Source: Giardia intestinalis
Taxonomy: Eukaryota
Strand: one strand, 5' to 3'
Assembly (NCBI GenBank): GCA_000002435.2
Contig: CM018791.1
DNA length: 64,000 nt
The position numbers and the translations under genes were made by a program. This document shows, piece after piece, positions 1 through 9,952 of the stretch. The notes under the pieces are model-generated. The model had not been told where the DNA came from and ran no database searches. It worked only from the letters and a program-made list of their open reading frames with translations. Each line of letters starts with the position of its first letter. Position 1 is the first letter of the stretch.

Positions 1-2334
1 GACATACCCAGGATCACAGACACACTTGAACTCGTTCTGAATCTTGGAGCAAGTACCGTGACCTCCACAAATGGCCGGGGAAGGGAGGCTCGAGATGCAG
101 GCGTTAGGAACACAGGCGCCAGCCACAAAAGTCTCACCAGGCAAGCACACTATAGAGATTGTTTCGCAGTACTCTCCCTTGACATTTGGGTCACACACAC
201 ATATGCCTTTAGAGTTGCAGTACCCAGCATTAGAGCAAATCTTGGTAGGATCCACCGGGTTTACGCAGCTCTGCATTGTGCACGTGTTACCGACAACTAT
301 CGAGGCGGGATTACAAAGGCAGACATACTCATAATTGTCTGCACCCTCCTCGACAAGGTGATAAGAGCATTGTCCATGTCCACCACAGACAAGAAGGCTA
401 GGATTGTGGGAGGACGCAGGCATAAGGCACTCAGGTGGATAACAACGATCATCAATTAACATAGCCTGCGATGAACAATGCTCACAGTGAGTTCCTGTAT
501 AAGCAGGCTCACAAGCGCAGCCATAGACCATGGTATTCCCAGAGATGCCCTTCTTAATACATTTTCCTGCATTCCTGTTGCAAATGGAATTCCCAAAAGT
601 TACACAAGAAGCGCTAACACAAATTATACCTTCGTGCTCTTCCACCTGAAGGCCAATGAACCCAGGGTCGCATTGACAAAAGGGCTTGGCACCTGCAGTA
701 ATACATTTTCCGTTTTCACAAACAGCATTAGTGATAGGATCAATACATGCTGGATGGACACACCCATGTCCGAGCACGAACTGAAAGTCACCTCGGCAGA
801 GACATTTATAGACAGGAAGGCCAGATGTTTCATTGTAAACCAATGTGTCTACACAGTCCCCCAACCCGTTGCAGATACTACCATCGGTGACACAAGCTTC
901 GGGTATACAGCTTCCTTGGACATCAAGAGTCCCAAAAGGGCATGATATTAGATTGAGCTCGCACGAAAAACCTCCATACCCAACATCGCAAACACATGTA
1001 CCTCCCTTGCAGTATCCATGGTTGTTACAGATTACATTTGGAGTTGAAGCGTTGAAGCAAAAGGTAGAATAGCAACGATTTTTGTAAGGAATGGCTCCTG
1101 GACTGCAGTGACACTTGTAATCTAGATAGCTGTTGCTCTTTAGGCTGGATGAGGCTTCACACACTCCAAACCCATCACAGACTAAAAGAGAGGAATTGTA
1201 ATTATCCGGTATCTCTCGAAAGCGAACAATTTGTTGCGCTACATTACTCACAGCATATGACAAACAGTTCACGGAAATGCACCTCCCTTGGCTGTCCTCT
1301 TCTGCCTGCACAAATACAAATCCTGAGTTACAGCTACTGCATTTTATACCACCAAAATTATTGTTACATAGACAGGTATCATTTATGCACAGTCCTCTAT
1401 TGTGGCAAATGACCAGTCCTTCGTCTGAAATGGAGCTAACACACGATTGGCTTATGCACGTGCCATCAGAAGCTTGTACATATCCAGGGGAACATACACA
1501 CTCATAATTCTTGGCTGCCTCTAAGAGAACACAGTTTCCATGTGGGCAAACAGCTCCGTCCTTAATGCATTCCATTGGGACACAAAGGTCTGAGCCAACG
1601 GTCTCAAAGCCCTTGTTGCATAGACACTTTGGCTTCTTTCCGTCAACGCAGCGCCCATTTGACCCACACACAAGCCCGCGGGACAGGCACTCATCTGGAA
1701 AGCAGTCAGATCCTATACGAGTATAACCTTCATCACAGAAAACTAGTGGCTTTTCTAAAGTGCACAATGCGCCATTATGGCCTTTGTAACAAACACACTT
1801 CATGTTTAAACAGACGCCATTGCCACCACAGATTTCACCGGTTTGTGAAATGCAGGATTGATGGATGCAGACACTGCCCATGTGTAGGTATCCTGGCTTG
1901 GTGCAATTACAACTGTAATGCCCGTTGTCCAGAAGAATTGGGTGGCCTCCTCCGCCACAAACTTGAGAAAGGCTAATGTCTGTCGGATGCTTTATAGTAC
2001 ATAAGATAGGAACACACACATTATCAAGTAACATAGCTGTTTTAGGGTTGCAGGATTCACAATGCTCGCCAAGATGGAGCAAGTCACAGACACAACCCAT
2101 CCTGCCATTATCTTTATTGACGCAAGCACCACCGTTATTACAAATGCCTACCTCTGTTTTACAAGCTAGATCGTAGCAGAGACCCGGGCCAGGGCTATAG
2201 AAACCATCGTAACAGGTACAACCCAGCCTGATGCCATCCTGCTCTTCACAAACGCCATGGTTGCTACATACAACTCCATCGCTAGTGCATGGATCATTTG
2301 AGAGGAATGCAGATAATAAAGTCAACGCCAGCAT
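1..2334 (-). CDS. High-cysteine membrane protein (EGF-like/tenascin-like repeats), N-terminal part; C-terminus lies beyond window start
   Basis: Manual minus-strand translation from ATG (2334..2332, stop codon immediately upstream in frame) gives a signal-peptide-like MLALTLLSAFLSNDP followed by repeated CxC/GxCxC EGF-like modules (GCTCYDGFY, CNNGGACV, GCVCD). No in-frame stop down to position 1, so it is absent from the ORF track. All + strand ORFs over this stretch are short and frame-hopping, consistent with antisense of a long CDS. Confidence 0.6.
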   Translation of the reverse strand, partial: MLALTLLSAFLSNDPCTSDGVVCSNHGVCEEQDGIRLGCTCYDGFYSPGPGLCYDLACKTEVGICNNGGACVNKDNGRMGCVCDLLHLGEHCESCNPKTAMLLDNVCVPILCTIKHPTDISLSQVCGGGGHPILLDNGHYSCNCTKPGYLHMGSVCIHQSCISQTGEICGGNGVCLNMKCVCYKGHNGALCTLEKPLVFCDEGYTRIGSDCFPDECLSRGLVCGSNGRCVDGKKPKCLCNKGFETVGSDLCVPMECIKDGAVCPHGNCVLLEAAKNYECVCSPGYVQASDGTCISQSCVSSISDEGLVICHNRGLCINDTCLCNNNFGGIKCSSCNSGFVFVQAEEDSQGRCISVNCLSYAVSNVAQQIVRFREIPDNYNSSLLVCDGFGVCEASSSLKSNSYLDYKCHCSPGAIPYKNRCYSTFCFNASTPNVICNNHGYCKGGTCVCDVGYGGFSCELNLISCPFGTLDVQGSCIPEACVTDGSICNGLGDCVDTLVYNETSGLPVYKCLCRGDFQFVLGHGCVHPACIDPITNAVCENGKCITAGAKPFCQCDPGFIGLQVEEHEGIICVSASCVTFGNSICNRNAGKCIKKGISGNTMVYGCACEPAYTGTHCEHCSSQAMLIDDRCYPPECLMPASSHNPSLLVCGGHGQCSYHLVEEGADNYEYVCLCNPASIVVGNTCTMQSCVNPVDPTKICSNAGYCNSKGICVCDPNVKGEYCETISIVCLPGETFVAGACVPNACISSLPSPAICGGHGTCSKIQNEFKCVCDPGYV

Positions 2335-2492
2335 GAGTGCTAATACTGATTTGCCAAGTTATCTCGTATTTTATTTTTAAGCAGTGTGGGGTATAGCTAG
2401 ATCGGTATCTTGGCAGAAGCCTTGTTCCATTTACTTGATTGACCTACACGAAGAAGTGGTCAACGCTTAGTCATTGTAAAACGAAAAATAAA

Positions 2493-4139
2493 ATGGCAGA
2501 CACTAAGAAAGCTCGTCAAGAGGACGACTGCATGGACGAGGATGTCAGCCATCCATACTACGCCGCATACAAGAACGAAATACAGGCTGAGCTCGATGAG
2601 ATAGCAACTATGCGGCAGGAGGATGGGAGTGAGTTGCCAAATAAGCGTGTGAAGAAGCTCATCAAGACCATACATGCGAAATACAAGAAGCTCTACACAG
2701 CCACAAAGCAAGAAGAAAGGTCTGCCGATCAGCAGCGTCAGACAGAAGCACACCTTGCTGAGCTTCCCGAGCGCATGGAGCCGTACACGGGTCTGGCAAA
2801 GCGTTTAAGAGTTAGGGACTTTCCTTATTACAAGGCAGTTGACAAGCCTGTTGTTGTGTGTGGTTGGTGCCACCGTGTGCGCGTCTCTTCTCCCAAACTT
2901 GCTTTCGTGGTACTTAGAGACGGGACCGGATACTGTCAACTGGTTCTTAACGAGGCCTGCATGGGTACTCGTAGGACTCAGACACTTCTGCGCACAGAGG
3001 CCGCTGTCAAAGCTGTAGGAATTCTTGTCGCTGATACGCGCGCACAAGGCGGCTACGAAATTCAGTGTCTCTACTTTGACATTATTGGTCCGTCATCTGG
3101 AGAGTTTGAAACGCGGATCACCCCAGAGTCTGGTCCCGATGCTCGTGCCAGAGAGCGCCATCTCATTCACCGAGGCGAACATGGGTCTGCAATTTTGAAA
3201 GCAAGGGGCCGGATTCTAAGGGCCTTCCGCAACCACTTCTACTTCAAAGGCTGGACAGAGGTTACTCCACCAACAATAGTCAACACCGAATGCGAAGGAG
3301 GCTCTAGTCTGTTCAAAGTGGACTTTTATGGAGAAGACGCATACCTTACCCAGTCCTCACAGCTTTATCTGGAGAGCGTCATTTCTGCCCTTGGGGATGT
3401 CTATTGCATCTTGCCTTCATTCAGAGCAGAGAAATCGAACACAAGGAGACACCTTTCCGAATTTACACATCTTGAAACAGAGCACCCGTTCATTACGTTT
3501 TCGGAGCTCTTGGGGATAATTGAGGATTTCGTGATCTCTGTTGTCACTGAGCTGAAAAATGACAAGCAATTCTATCCCCTTGTCCAGTTCCTTAATGGTG
3601 ACAACTTTGACAAGATTGCCTCAAGCTTGAAGAAACCCTTTAAACGTATGAGGCACAGTGAAGGAATAGACTGGCTGAATGATCACGGAATTACCAAGGA
3701 GGACGGTACAGCATTCACTTATGATGACGACATTCCAGAAGCCCAGGAGAGGAAAATGATCGATGCCATAGGAGAACCGGTTTTCCTTACACACTTTCCA
3801 GCACATCTGAAGTCCTTTTACATGGCACGCTGCAGTGATGATCCCTCTTCCCCAGACTACCTTCTCACGGAAAGTGTCGACTTACTCGTTCCCACTGTTG
3901 GCGAAATTGTCGGGGGGAGTATGCGTAAGTGGACGTACGAAGACACATACAAGGCCTGTGTTGATGCAGGGCTCCCCATTAAGCGCTACTACTGGTATCT
4001 TGATTCACGCAAATTCGGTGGCTGTCCTCACGGCGGAATGGGCCTGGGTCTGGAAAGGTTCATTTGCTGGTTACTAGGAATCTATACTGTTAGGGACACA
4101 GTTCTTTACCCTCGTGCGCCGGGTCTCATTGAGCCGTGA
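2493..4139 (+). CDS. Asparaginyl-tRNA synthetase (class IIb aaRS)
   Basis: Track ORF 2439..4139 starts on TTG; first in-frame ATG is 2493 in an aaaaataaaATGg context. N-terminal OB-fold anticodon domain (VVVCGWCHRVR...LRDGTGYCQLVL). Motif 2 FRAEKSNTRRHLSEFTHLE is typical of AsnRS. Motif 3 GGCPHGGMGLGLERF... plus a TGTAAAC polyA-like signal just after the stop. Confidence 0.85.
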   Translation: MADTKKARQEDDCMDEDVSHPYYAAYKNEIQAELDEIATMRQEDGSELPNKRVKKLIKTIHAKYKKLYTATKQEERSADQQRQTEAHLAELPERMEPYTGLAKRLRVRDFPYYKAVDKPVVVCGWCHRVRVSSPKLAFVVLRDGTGYCQLVLNEACMGTRRTQTLLRTEAAVKAVGILVADTRAQGGYEIQCLYFDIIGPSSGEFETRITPESGPDARARERHLIHRGEHGSAILKARGRILRAFRNHFYFKGWTEVTPPTIVNTECEGGSSLFKVDFYGEDAYLTQSSQLYLESVISALGDVYCILPSFRAEKSNTRRHLSEFTHLETEHPFITFSELLGIIEDFVISVVTELKNDKQFYPLVQFLNGDNFDKIASSLKKPFKRMRHSEGIDWLNDHGITKEDGTAFTYDDDIPEAQERKMIDAIGEPVFLTHFPAHLKSFYMARCSDDPSSPDYLLTESVDLLVPTVGEIVGGSMRKWTYEDTYKACVDAGLPIKRYYWYLDSRKFGGCPHGGMGLGLERFICWLLGIYTVRDTVLYPRAPGLIEP

Positions 4140-4209
4140 AGCTTGTGTAAACCAGATTGTTTCTACAGCTGTTAGCTGTTGATTCGCAGCCGTGAATGCC
4201 TGTATTAAA

Positions 4210-5850
4210 ATGCTGTCGCTGTATGCTAAGTTCCTTAATACGACGGAGTACATTCCCCCTTTGTCACAGTTTGCTGCAATCTTTGTATTTGGGAGCCTTA
4301 TTCTCATGGAGGCCTTAAACTTGGTGAAGCTCCGCTTGGTGTCTAGGTCTTCACGTGCGCAGGTTGTGCATAAAGCTGCCAACTTGATAAAAGCAAGTTC
4401 TCACGTGGTGTATGACAACTATCCAGAGATTGAGCTAAGTGCAGCGAAGTTAACAGGCCTTCACCCAGTGCCGTACAAAGCTACTGCAAAAGATGGTGAC
4501 CTGGCAGGCGTAATTCATGACAGCAGTGGCAAGTTCGGGATCACCATGAAAGACTTCCAAGCACTGTACTTTATCTCCTCCTACAGTCGCATTCGGGGAT
4601 GCTTTCACAGAGAGTGTGTGGGCCTTCCTGGGGCCGCCGTTAGTTTGAGGGAAGACGATGGAAGCGTATCTGAGTGCATCAATCTGGGAAGCTACAATTA
4701 TCTCAACTTCAGCCAAACAACCTATAAGATTGAAAGCATCAGAGAAACAATGCAAACATATGGCATCAGCTGGTGTTACAAAGGGGCCCTAGCGACTTCT
4801 GCGCTACAAGTGTGCCTAGAACAACATCTGAGTGAGTTCTTGGGTACGGACGCGTGCATTGTCCATTCAATGGGGTTCGACACCAATGCAATGGCGATCC
4901 CGTGTATCTGTCGAAGCACAAATGAAGGCGGGACAGTACTGATTTGTGACTCATTAAACCACGCTTCACTTGTTTCTGGCGCTAATCTGGCCAAGCGAAC
5001 TGTCGGTGCTACAGTAGAAGTGTTCACACACAATGATTTTGAAGAGCTGCGTGTGCTCTTAGATAAGTACCAGGGGCGGGACGTGGTGGTTATTGTAGAG
5101 GGCCTCTATTCCATGGATGGAGATATCCTCGAACTTCCACGGTTCTTAGAGTTACGAAAATGTTATGCATTTCGACTCTTTGTTGACGAAGCTCATTCAA
5201 TTGGCTGTCTTGGGCCCACCGGAAGAGGGGTCAGTGATTACTATAACATGCACGGCAGTATAGACATCCAAATGGGAACGTTTACTAAGTCGTTTGCAGC
5301 CGTGGGAGGATATATAGCGGGTCCAGTAGGGCTGATAGATAAAATTCGTCGCGAGGTTATACACTACAATGCCTGTGCACTGATTCCACCGTATTGCGCA
5401 ATCCAAATCCAGAATGCCCTAGCTGAGCTATTACAGGATAGAGCGCGACTTCTTCAGTTGAGGAAGAATAGCATTATGTTTCGAAGTGGGTTGAAGGAGA
5501 TTGGATACATTGTTTACGGCACATATGACTCCCCCGTTATCCCCGTTCTACTATACAACCCTGTAAAGTTAAAGCCTGTGGCCGATGAGCTTCGTCGTCG
5601 TGGAATAGCAATTGTAGTTGTGGGATATCCAGCCGTGCCTCTTGTATCGAGTCGCATACGCTTCTGCATTTCATCAGGACACACGGAGGAGCAGCTAAGG
5701 CAGGTCTTATGCCACATGAAGCAGATTGCTCACCTGTACTGCTTAAGACATGGTCATCAGAAAGGGAAAAACCAACTGATAGAGATGTGCAAGGGAATCT
5801 TGAGCCCACCAATACATCCTCTAGCCGAGACTGAAAGGGAGAAGACGTAG
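4210..5850 (+). CDS. Serine palmitoyltransferase-like (class II PLP aminotransferase, LCB2-type)
   Basis: Track ORF starts on GTG at 4192; first ATG is 4210. The PLP-lysine motif GTFTKSFAAVGGYIAG is characteristic of SPT/AONS-family enzymes. Hydrophobic N-terminus. The gene follows AsnRS by only 70 bp. Confidence 0.75.
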   Translation: MLSLYAKFLNTTEYIPPLSQFAAIFVFGSLILMEALNLVKLRLVSRSSRAQVVHKAANLIKASSHVVYDNYPEIELSAAKLTGLHPVPYKATAKDGDLAGVIHDSSGKFGITMKDFQALYFISSYSRIRGCFHRECVGLPGAAVSLREDDGSVSECINLGSYNYLNFSQTTYKIESIRETMQTYGISWCYKGALATSALQVCLEQHLSEFLGTDACIVHSMGFDTNAMAIPCICRSTNEGGTVLICDSLNHASLVSGANLAKRTVGATVEVFTHNDFEELRVLLDKYQGRDVVVIVEGLYSMDGDILELPRFLELRKCYAFRLFVDEAHSIGCLGPTGRGVSDYYNMHGSIDIQMGTFTKSFAAVGGYIAGPVGLIDKIRREVIHYNACALIPPYCAIQIQNALAELLQDRARLLQLRKNSIMFRSGLKEIGYIVYGTYDSPVIPVLLYNPVKLKPVADELRRRGIAIVVVGYPAVPLVSSRIRFCISSGHTEEQLRQVLCHMKQIAHLYCLRHGHQKGKNQLIEMCKGILSPPIHPLAETEREKT

Positions 5851-5887
5851 CTCAAGACACTTCTTTTGCAGCTTAAAATGAAATTAG

Positions 5888-6676
5888 ATGAGCTACACTG
5901 TCCACATTGTTCAAGAATTCAATCCAGAGACGCTTCCCGATCTTCCACACATTGGCAAATCTGCAGTAGTTTGCTTAGGAGGTTCTTTTGACAGGATTCA
6001 TAGAGGCCACCTGCTACTCTTGGCTGTCGCTGTAGCTTGTGTAGAGAAGGGCGGAACAATTCTGGTCGGAATCGTAGACGGCCCTCTACTGACTCGGAAG
6101 CTCTATGGCAACATGGTTAGGGATTACGAGCATAGACGACGGGACGTCCACCAAATTCTTAATGGTTTTATTTCTTTACGCGAGGATCTCTTAGATAAAG
6201 TAGATGACGAAATAGACAAAAGTGACGCGAATATAGAGTGTCCAGAGTACGAGAGTGAGTCTAGCAGGGGTGGTAGCATAACTGCCAGAACTCCTCGGGC
6301 CATGTACACCGCTGGATCTAATACTCCGATAAGGCCTGGAAGCAGCTATCTACCATATGCAACAACATATTGCAGCACAATGAGCCGAACTATCCCTAAG
6401 GGGTTTCAATCCAACGTTAACTTGAAGCTCTTGCGGATCACCGACCCTTATGGGCCATCCATAACGAGTGCACTGGATAACGGAATCCTTGTCGTTTCAA
6501 CAGAAACTATTTTGGGTGGCCACATGGTTAACGTAGAACGTTTACAACGAGGCTTTAAGCCTGTGGCGCTTGCTGTCGTACCTTTGCTCCGAGATAGAGA
6601 TGGAGAGAAGGTTAGTTCCACAAAAATCCGAGAAGAGGAAAGCATGTCTGATTCATTTGCTGACCGCGCAAGCTGA
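5888..6676 (+). CDS. HxGH-motif nucleotidyltransferase (cytidylyltransferase fold), phosphopantetheine adenylyltransferase-like
   Basis: Real ATG start. N-terminal VVCLGGSFDRIHRGHLLLL matches the (T/H)xGH signature of the PPAT/cytidylyltransferase superfamily. 262 aa. Confidence 0.5.
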   Translation: MSYTVHIVQEFNPETLPDLPHIGKSAVVCLGGSFDRIHRGHLLLLAVAVACVEKGGTILVGIVDGPLLTRKLYGNMVRDYEHRRRDVHQILNGFISLREDLLDKVDDEIDKSDANIECPEYESESSRGGSITARTPRAMYTAGSNTPIRPGSSYLPYATTYCSTMSRTIPKGFQSNVNLKLLRITDPYGPSITSALDNGILVVSTETILGGHMVNVERLQRGFKPVALAVVPLLRDRDGEKVSSTKIREEESMSDSFADRAS

Positions 6677-6793
6677 AGCGGCTCGAACAAGTCAATAAAG
6701 TTCATATTACGTCACGTGGCCTAGCTCAGTACCTGTAAACACAAATGAATTTGAAATGAATTCAGCTTACTCACATTATCGCAAAAAAAGGTG

Positions 6794-8992
6794 ATGTCTC
6801 AGATAGACAAGCTCATTCCGATTGTCAACTCCTTGCAGGATGTCTTCAGTGCCATAGGGCAGGACAAGACGAATATCGACCTGCCGCAGATCACCGTCGT
6901 CGGCTCCCAATCTGCGGGAAAGTCATCGGTTTTGGAGGCTGTCTGTGGGCGCGACGTTCTCCCCAGGTCTGCCGGCATTTGCACGCGGCGCCCCCTGATC
7001 CTCCAGCTGATTCCGACAAAGCCCGGTCAATTTGTCAAGGACGAGAAGGGCAAGACATACGAGGAGTGGGGCGAGTTTTTACACACAAAGGACAAAAAGT
7101 TTGTCCACTACCAAGAGATTTGCAAGGAGATCGTCGCAGAGACCGATAGGGTCACGGGCGGGACACTCAACGTCTCCCCCCTCCCGATCCGCTTGAAGCT
7201 TTTCTCCCCTACCGTCGTTCCCCTCACGCTCGTCGATCTCCCCGGTCTCGTTAAGAACGCTTTGCCGGGCCAGCCAGCGGACATCGACGTTCAGATCAAG
7301 AAGTGCGTTTACGAGTATATCCAGAAGCCGAACGCCGTCATTCTTGCTGTCTCTGCTGCAAACGCCGATCTCGCAACTTCTGACGCACTGCAGGCTGCGA
7401 TTAACTGCGATCCCAAGGGTGACCGCTCCGTCGGCGTTCTCACAAAGATCGACATCGTCGACAAGGGAACAGAGGCAACGGTGGTGTCGATTCTCCGGAA
7501 CGAGGTGCACTACTTCAAGTTGGGCTGGATCGCTGTCATGAACAGGTCCCAGAAGGACATCGACGCTCAGAAGACGATTGCGAAGCACCTGCACGACGAG
7601 GAGGAGTTCTTCCGCACTCACGATTACTATAAGCCTCTGGCTGCACAGAGCGGAGCCAAGTACCTGGCGAGACGGCTCAACCAGGTCCTCATCAACCACA
7701 TTCAGATTGTCCTGCCAGACCTTAAAATGAAGGTCCACCTCCAGCTTGACAAGTATTCCAGGGAGCTGGCATCCTATGGACAGCACCTTGAGGGTCGCGC
7801 AGAGATGGAGCGTGCTCTCCTTGGGCTCATATCCTCCTACGAGAAGGAGTACAAGGCCATCCTCGATGGTTCATCTGCCGGTGCGTCTAAGAACGAGCTA
7901 TATGGTGGTGCCCGTATCTCCTACATATTCCAAAGCGTCCTCCCCAAGATGTTTGACACAATCAGTATCCAGGAGATCCTCAACGGCGAGGATGTCCGCA
8001 CACTCATCAGAAACTCCTCTGGTACCAGGTCGAGCCTCTTCCTTTCTGAGAGCGCCTTTGAATTGCTTGTGCAGAAAGTTGTTCGCAGGCTCGAGGGCCC
8101 GTGTAAGCACTGTCTCCAGCTGGTCAAGGCTGAGCTCATATCCATTGCCAAGTCCATCCCAACACCGGAGATGAAGAAGTATCGCAGGCTCTGCAACGAG
8201 TTGGTCAACACGTGCATCAAGCTTATTAACGATCTTACAATGCCGACTGGGAAGTTCCTCCAGGACCTCATCCACTCCGAGCTGTGCTACATTAACACCC
8301 TGCACCCCGATTTTGTCGCTTCCCAGGAGTTTAAGGGACACATTGACGGCCAGAGGAATATGGCAAATCTAGACGTCTCGAATCAGGGCTTTGGCGAGAG
8401 TAACTTCGGTGGTCCGGGCGGCCCCGGCATGGGCGGCTTTCCCCCTGGTGGACCTGGCGGTCCAGGTGGTCCCGGGGGACCTGGGGGGCCTCCGGGTGGT
8501 CCTGGAATGAACCGCGGCCCTGGAGGACCTCCAGGCGCACCAGGAGGCCCCGGTGGGCCCATGAATCGTGGCCCCGGCGGTCCTGGGGGACCAGGTGGCC
8601 CAGGAGGACCCGGCCCTCAACAGTTCAACGAGTCTGTGCCGGAGAAGATCAAAGCTCAGGGTCCCCTGTCGGAGGCTGAGAAGCTTGGTGTTGACCTCAT
8701 CCCGCGTCTGATGAGCGCATACTATCGAGTTATTCGCAAAAAGATAGAGGATTCTGTTCCGAAGGCGTGCATTGCCTTTCTTGTTAAGGCCTCGATGAAC
8801 CAGCTTCAGGAGGTTTTGGTCAGAAACCTTTACTCCGGAGATAAGATCGAGGACCTTTTGTGCGAAGATCCCTCCATTAAGGAGAAGCGTGTCGCATGCA
8901 GAGAGCTCGTCGATGTTATGCAACGCGCAAGCAATATTCTCGATAAGATAGGTAACATCCGCAACGTCGAGGACCTTGCCAAGAAGGACTAA
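6794..8992 (+). CDS. Dynamin-related protein (large GTPase) with Gly/Pro-rich low-complexity insert
   Basis: Track start 6791 is GTG; ATG is at 6794 after an A-run. GTPase motifs GSQSAGKSSVLE (G1), DLPG (G3), TKID (G4). Dynamin middle and GED-like C-terminus present. The PGGPGGPGG repeat block (nt ~8400-8620) sits where a PH/PRD would be. High GC3 codon bias suggests high expression. Confidence 0.9.
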   Translation: MSQIDKLIPIVNSLQDVFSAIGQDKTNIDLPQITVVGSQSAGKSSVLEAVCGRDVLPRSAGICTRRPLILQLIPTKPGQFVKDEKGKTYEEWGEFLHTKDKKFVHYQEICKEIVAETDRVTGGTLNVSPLPIRLKLFSPTVVPLTLVDLPGLVKNALPGQPADIDVQIKKCVYEYIQKPNAVILAVSAANADLATSDALQAAINCDPKGDRSVGVLTKIDIVDKGTEATVVSILRNEVHYFKLGWIAVMNRSQKDIDAQKTIAKHLHDEEEFFRTHDYYKPLAAQSGAKYLARRLNQVLINHIQIVLPDLKMKVHLQLDKYSRELASYGQHLEGRAEMERALLGLISSYEKEYKAILDGSSAGASKNELYGGARISYIFQSVLPKMFDTISIQEILNGEDVRTLIRNSSGTRSSLFLSESAFELLVQKVVRRLEGPCKHCLQLVKAELISIAKSIPTPEMKKYRRLCNELVNTCIKLINDLTMPTGKFLQDLIHSELCYINTLHPDFVASQEFKGHIDGQRNMANLDVSNQGFGESNFGGPGGPGMGGFPPGGPGGPGGPGGPGGPPGGPGMNRGPGGPPGAPGGPGGPMNRGPGGPGGPGGPGGPGPQQFNESVPEKIKAQGPLSEAEKLGVDLIPRLMSAYYRVIRKKIEDSVPKACIAFLVKASMNQLQEVLVRNLYSGDKIEDLLCEDPSIKEKRVACRELVDVMQRASNILDKIGNIRNVEDLAKKD

Positions 8993-9032
8993 TTCGTCGT
9001 TTGTTGTGGAGTCTGTCAGGGACCGTCTCTGA

Positions 9033-9266
9033 CTAGATAAGTGAACCACTGGCTGCCTTCTTCTCCCGCTCTAGTGCTGCAGCAATGCGAGCTGTCATGC
9101 GCTGTTGCCAGAGGTCGAGGTCCGAGTGTCGAGGCTGAGGGGGTGGAGGTGGGGGCAGGAGACCTGGAGGTGATTGCTGTTCAGAGTGAGGGGTAACAGT
9201 GCTCTCGGGTGTACCCACCTCGGCATAAGAGAGGCGCTTGAATCTCAACTTGGGCCGCGGCTCCAT
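9033..9266 (-). CDS. Small proline-rich hypothetical protein (77 aa)
   Basis: ATG start in an AT-rich context (ttaaaATGgag on minus strand). Not recognisably homologous to anything; could be spurious. Confidence 0.2.
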   Translation of the reverse strand: MEPRPKLRFKRLSYAEVGTPESTVTPHSEQQSPPGLLPPPPPPQPRHSDLDLWQQRMTARIAAALEREKKAASGSLI

Positions 9267-9442
9267 TTTAAAATGAATACTGAAGCAATAGAAAGGCCAG
9301 GCAGCTCAGAGGTAACCATGGGGTGTCTTCTAGAGCTTCAGTACCATACCAGCATGTATGTGAAGGACCGAGGTTGTCATTATACTCCCTCAAAAAATGC
9401 CAAAATAGAAGCCAAAATAGAAATCAACTAAAACTGGATTAC

Positions 9443-9841
9443 ATGAATAGCCTGCAACAAGGGGCATCACCTAAAACGCCGTACACGAATATGTTTGCAC
9501 GAAGCTTCCTGGCACACATGCGCCAGGAAAGCCACATTTCAGAGCATCATCTACCTGGCTCTATGACACAGATGATTTACAGCAGCGAGTTTTCAGCAAG
9601 CACAAATCTTCATACAATACCATTGGAGACCAATCCCGATCAGGGTTATCCGAGAGATGTGAACTTCACTACTGATGAGTCGACGGACCAAGTGGCGTTC
9701 GCACGAATGAAAGAATTGCAGATTCTAGAAAGCATATATCTCTGTGGAAGCTCAGAGAGCAAACGCAAAAGCAAGTCGAAGGATAGGAAGAGTGGGACGA
9801 TGGTTGAAATAATCTTTGCATCTCCAACCTCTGGTGTTTAA
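9443..9841 (+). CDS. Hypothetical protein (132 aa from first ATG)
   Basis: Track ORF 9323..9841 begins on a non-ATG codon; first ATG (M41) lies in the A-rich context aaaactggattacATGaat. No recognisable domains. Confidence 0.25.
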   Translation: MNSLQQGASPKTPYTNMFARSFLAHMRQESHISEHHLPGSMTQMIYSSEFSASTNLHTIPLETNPDQGYPRDVNFTTDESTDQVAFARMKELQILESIYLCGSSESKRKSKSKDRKSGTMVEIIFASPTSGV

Positions 9842-9952
9842 TGTTTGTACTATCCTTGTTCACTCAATCTGATGAACAATCAGCTATATTTTTAAGTAAT
9901 TCTAAGACTACAGCTTCGAAAGCTTCGTAAGTTCGCTGGAACAAAAAAGATA

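Noticed and set aside
7079-7786. 235-aa ORF antisense to the dynamin gene (a second 226-aa ORF lies at 8369..9049 on the minus strand)
   Set aside because: Lies fully inside the well-supported dynamin CDS on the opposite strand. Long antisense ORFs are expected opposite GC3-rich, codon-biased genes. No motifs.
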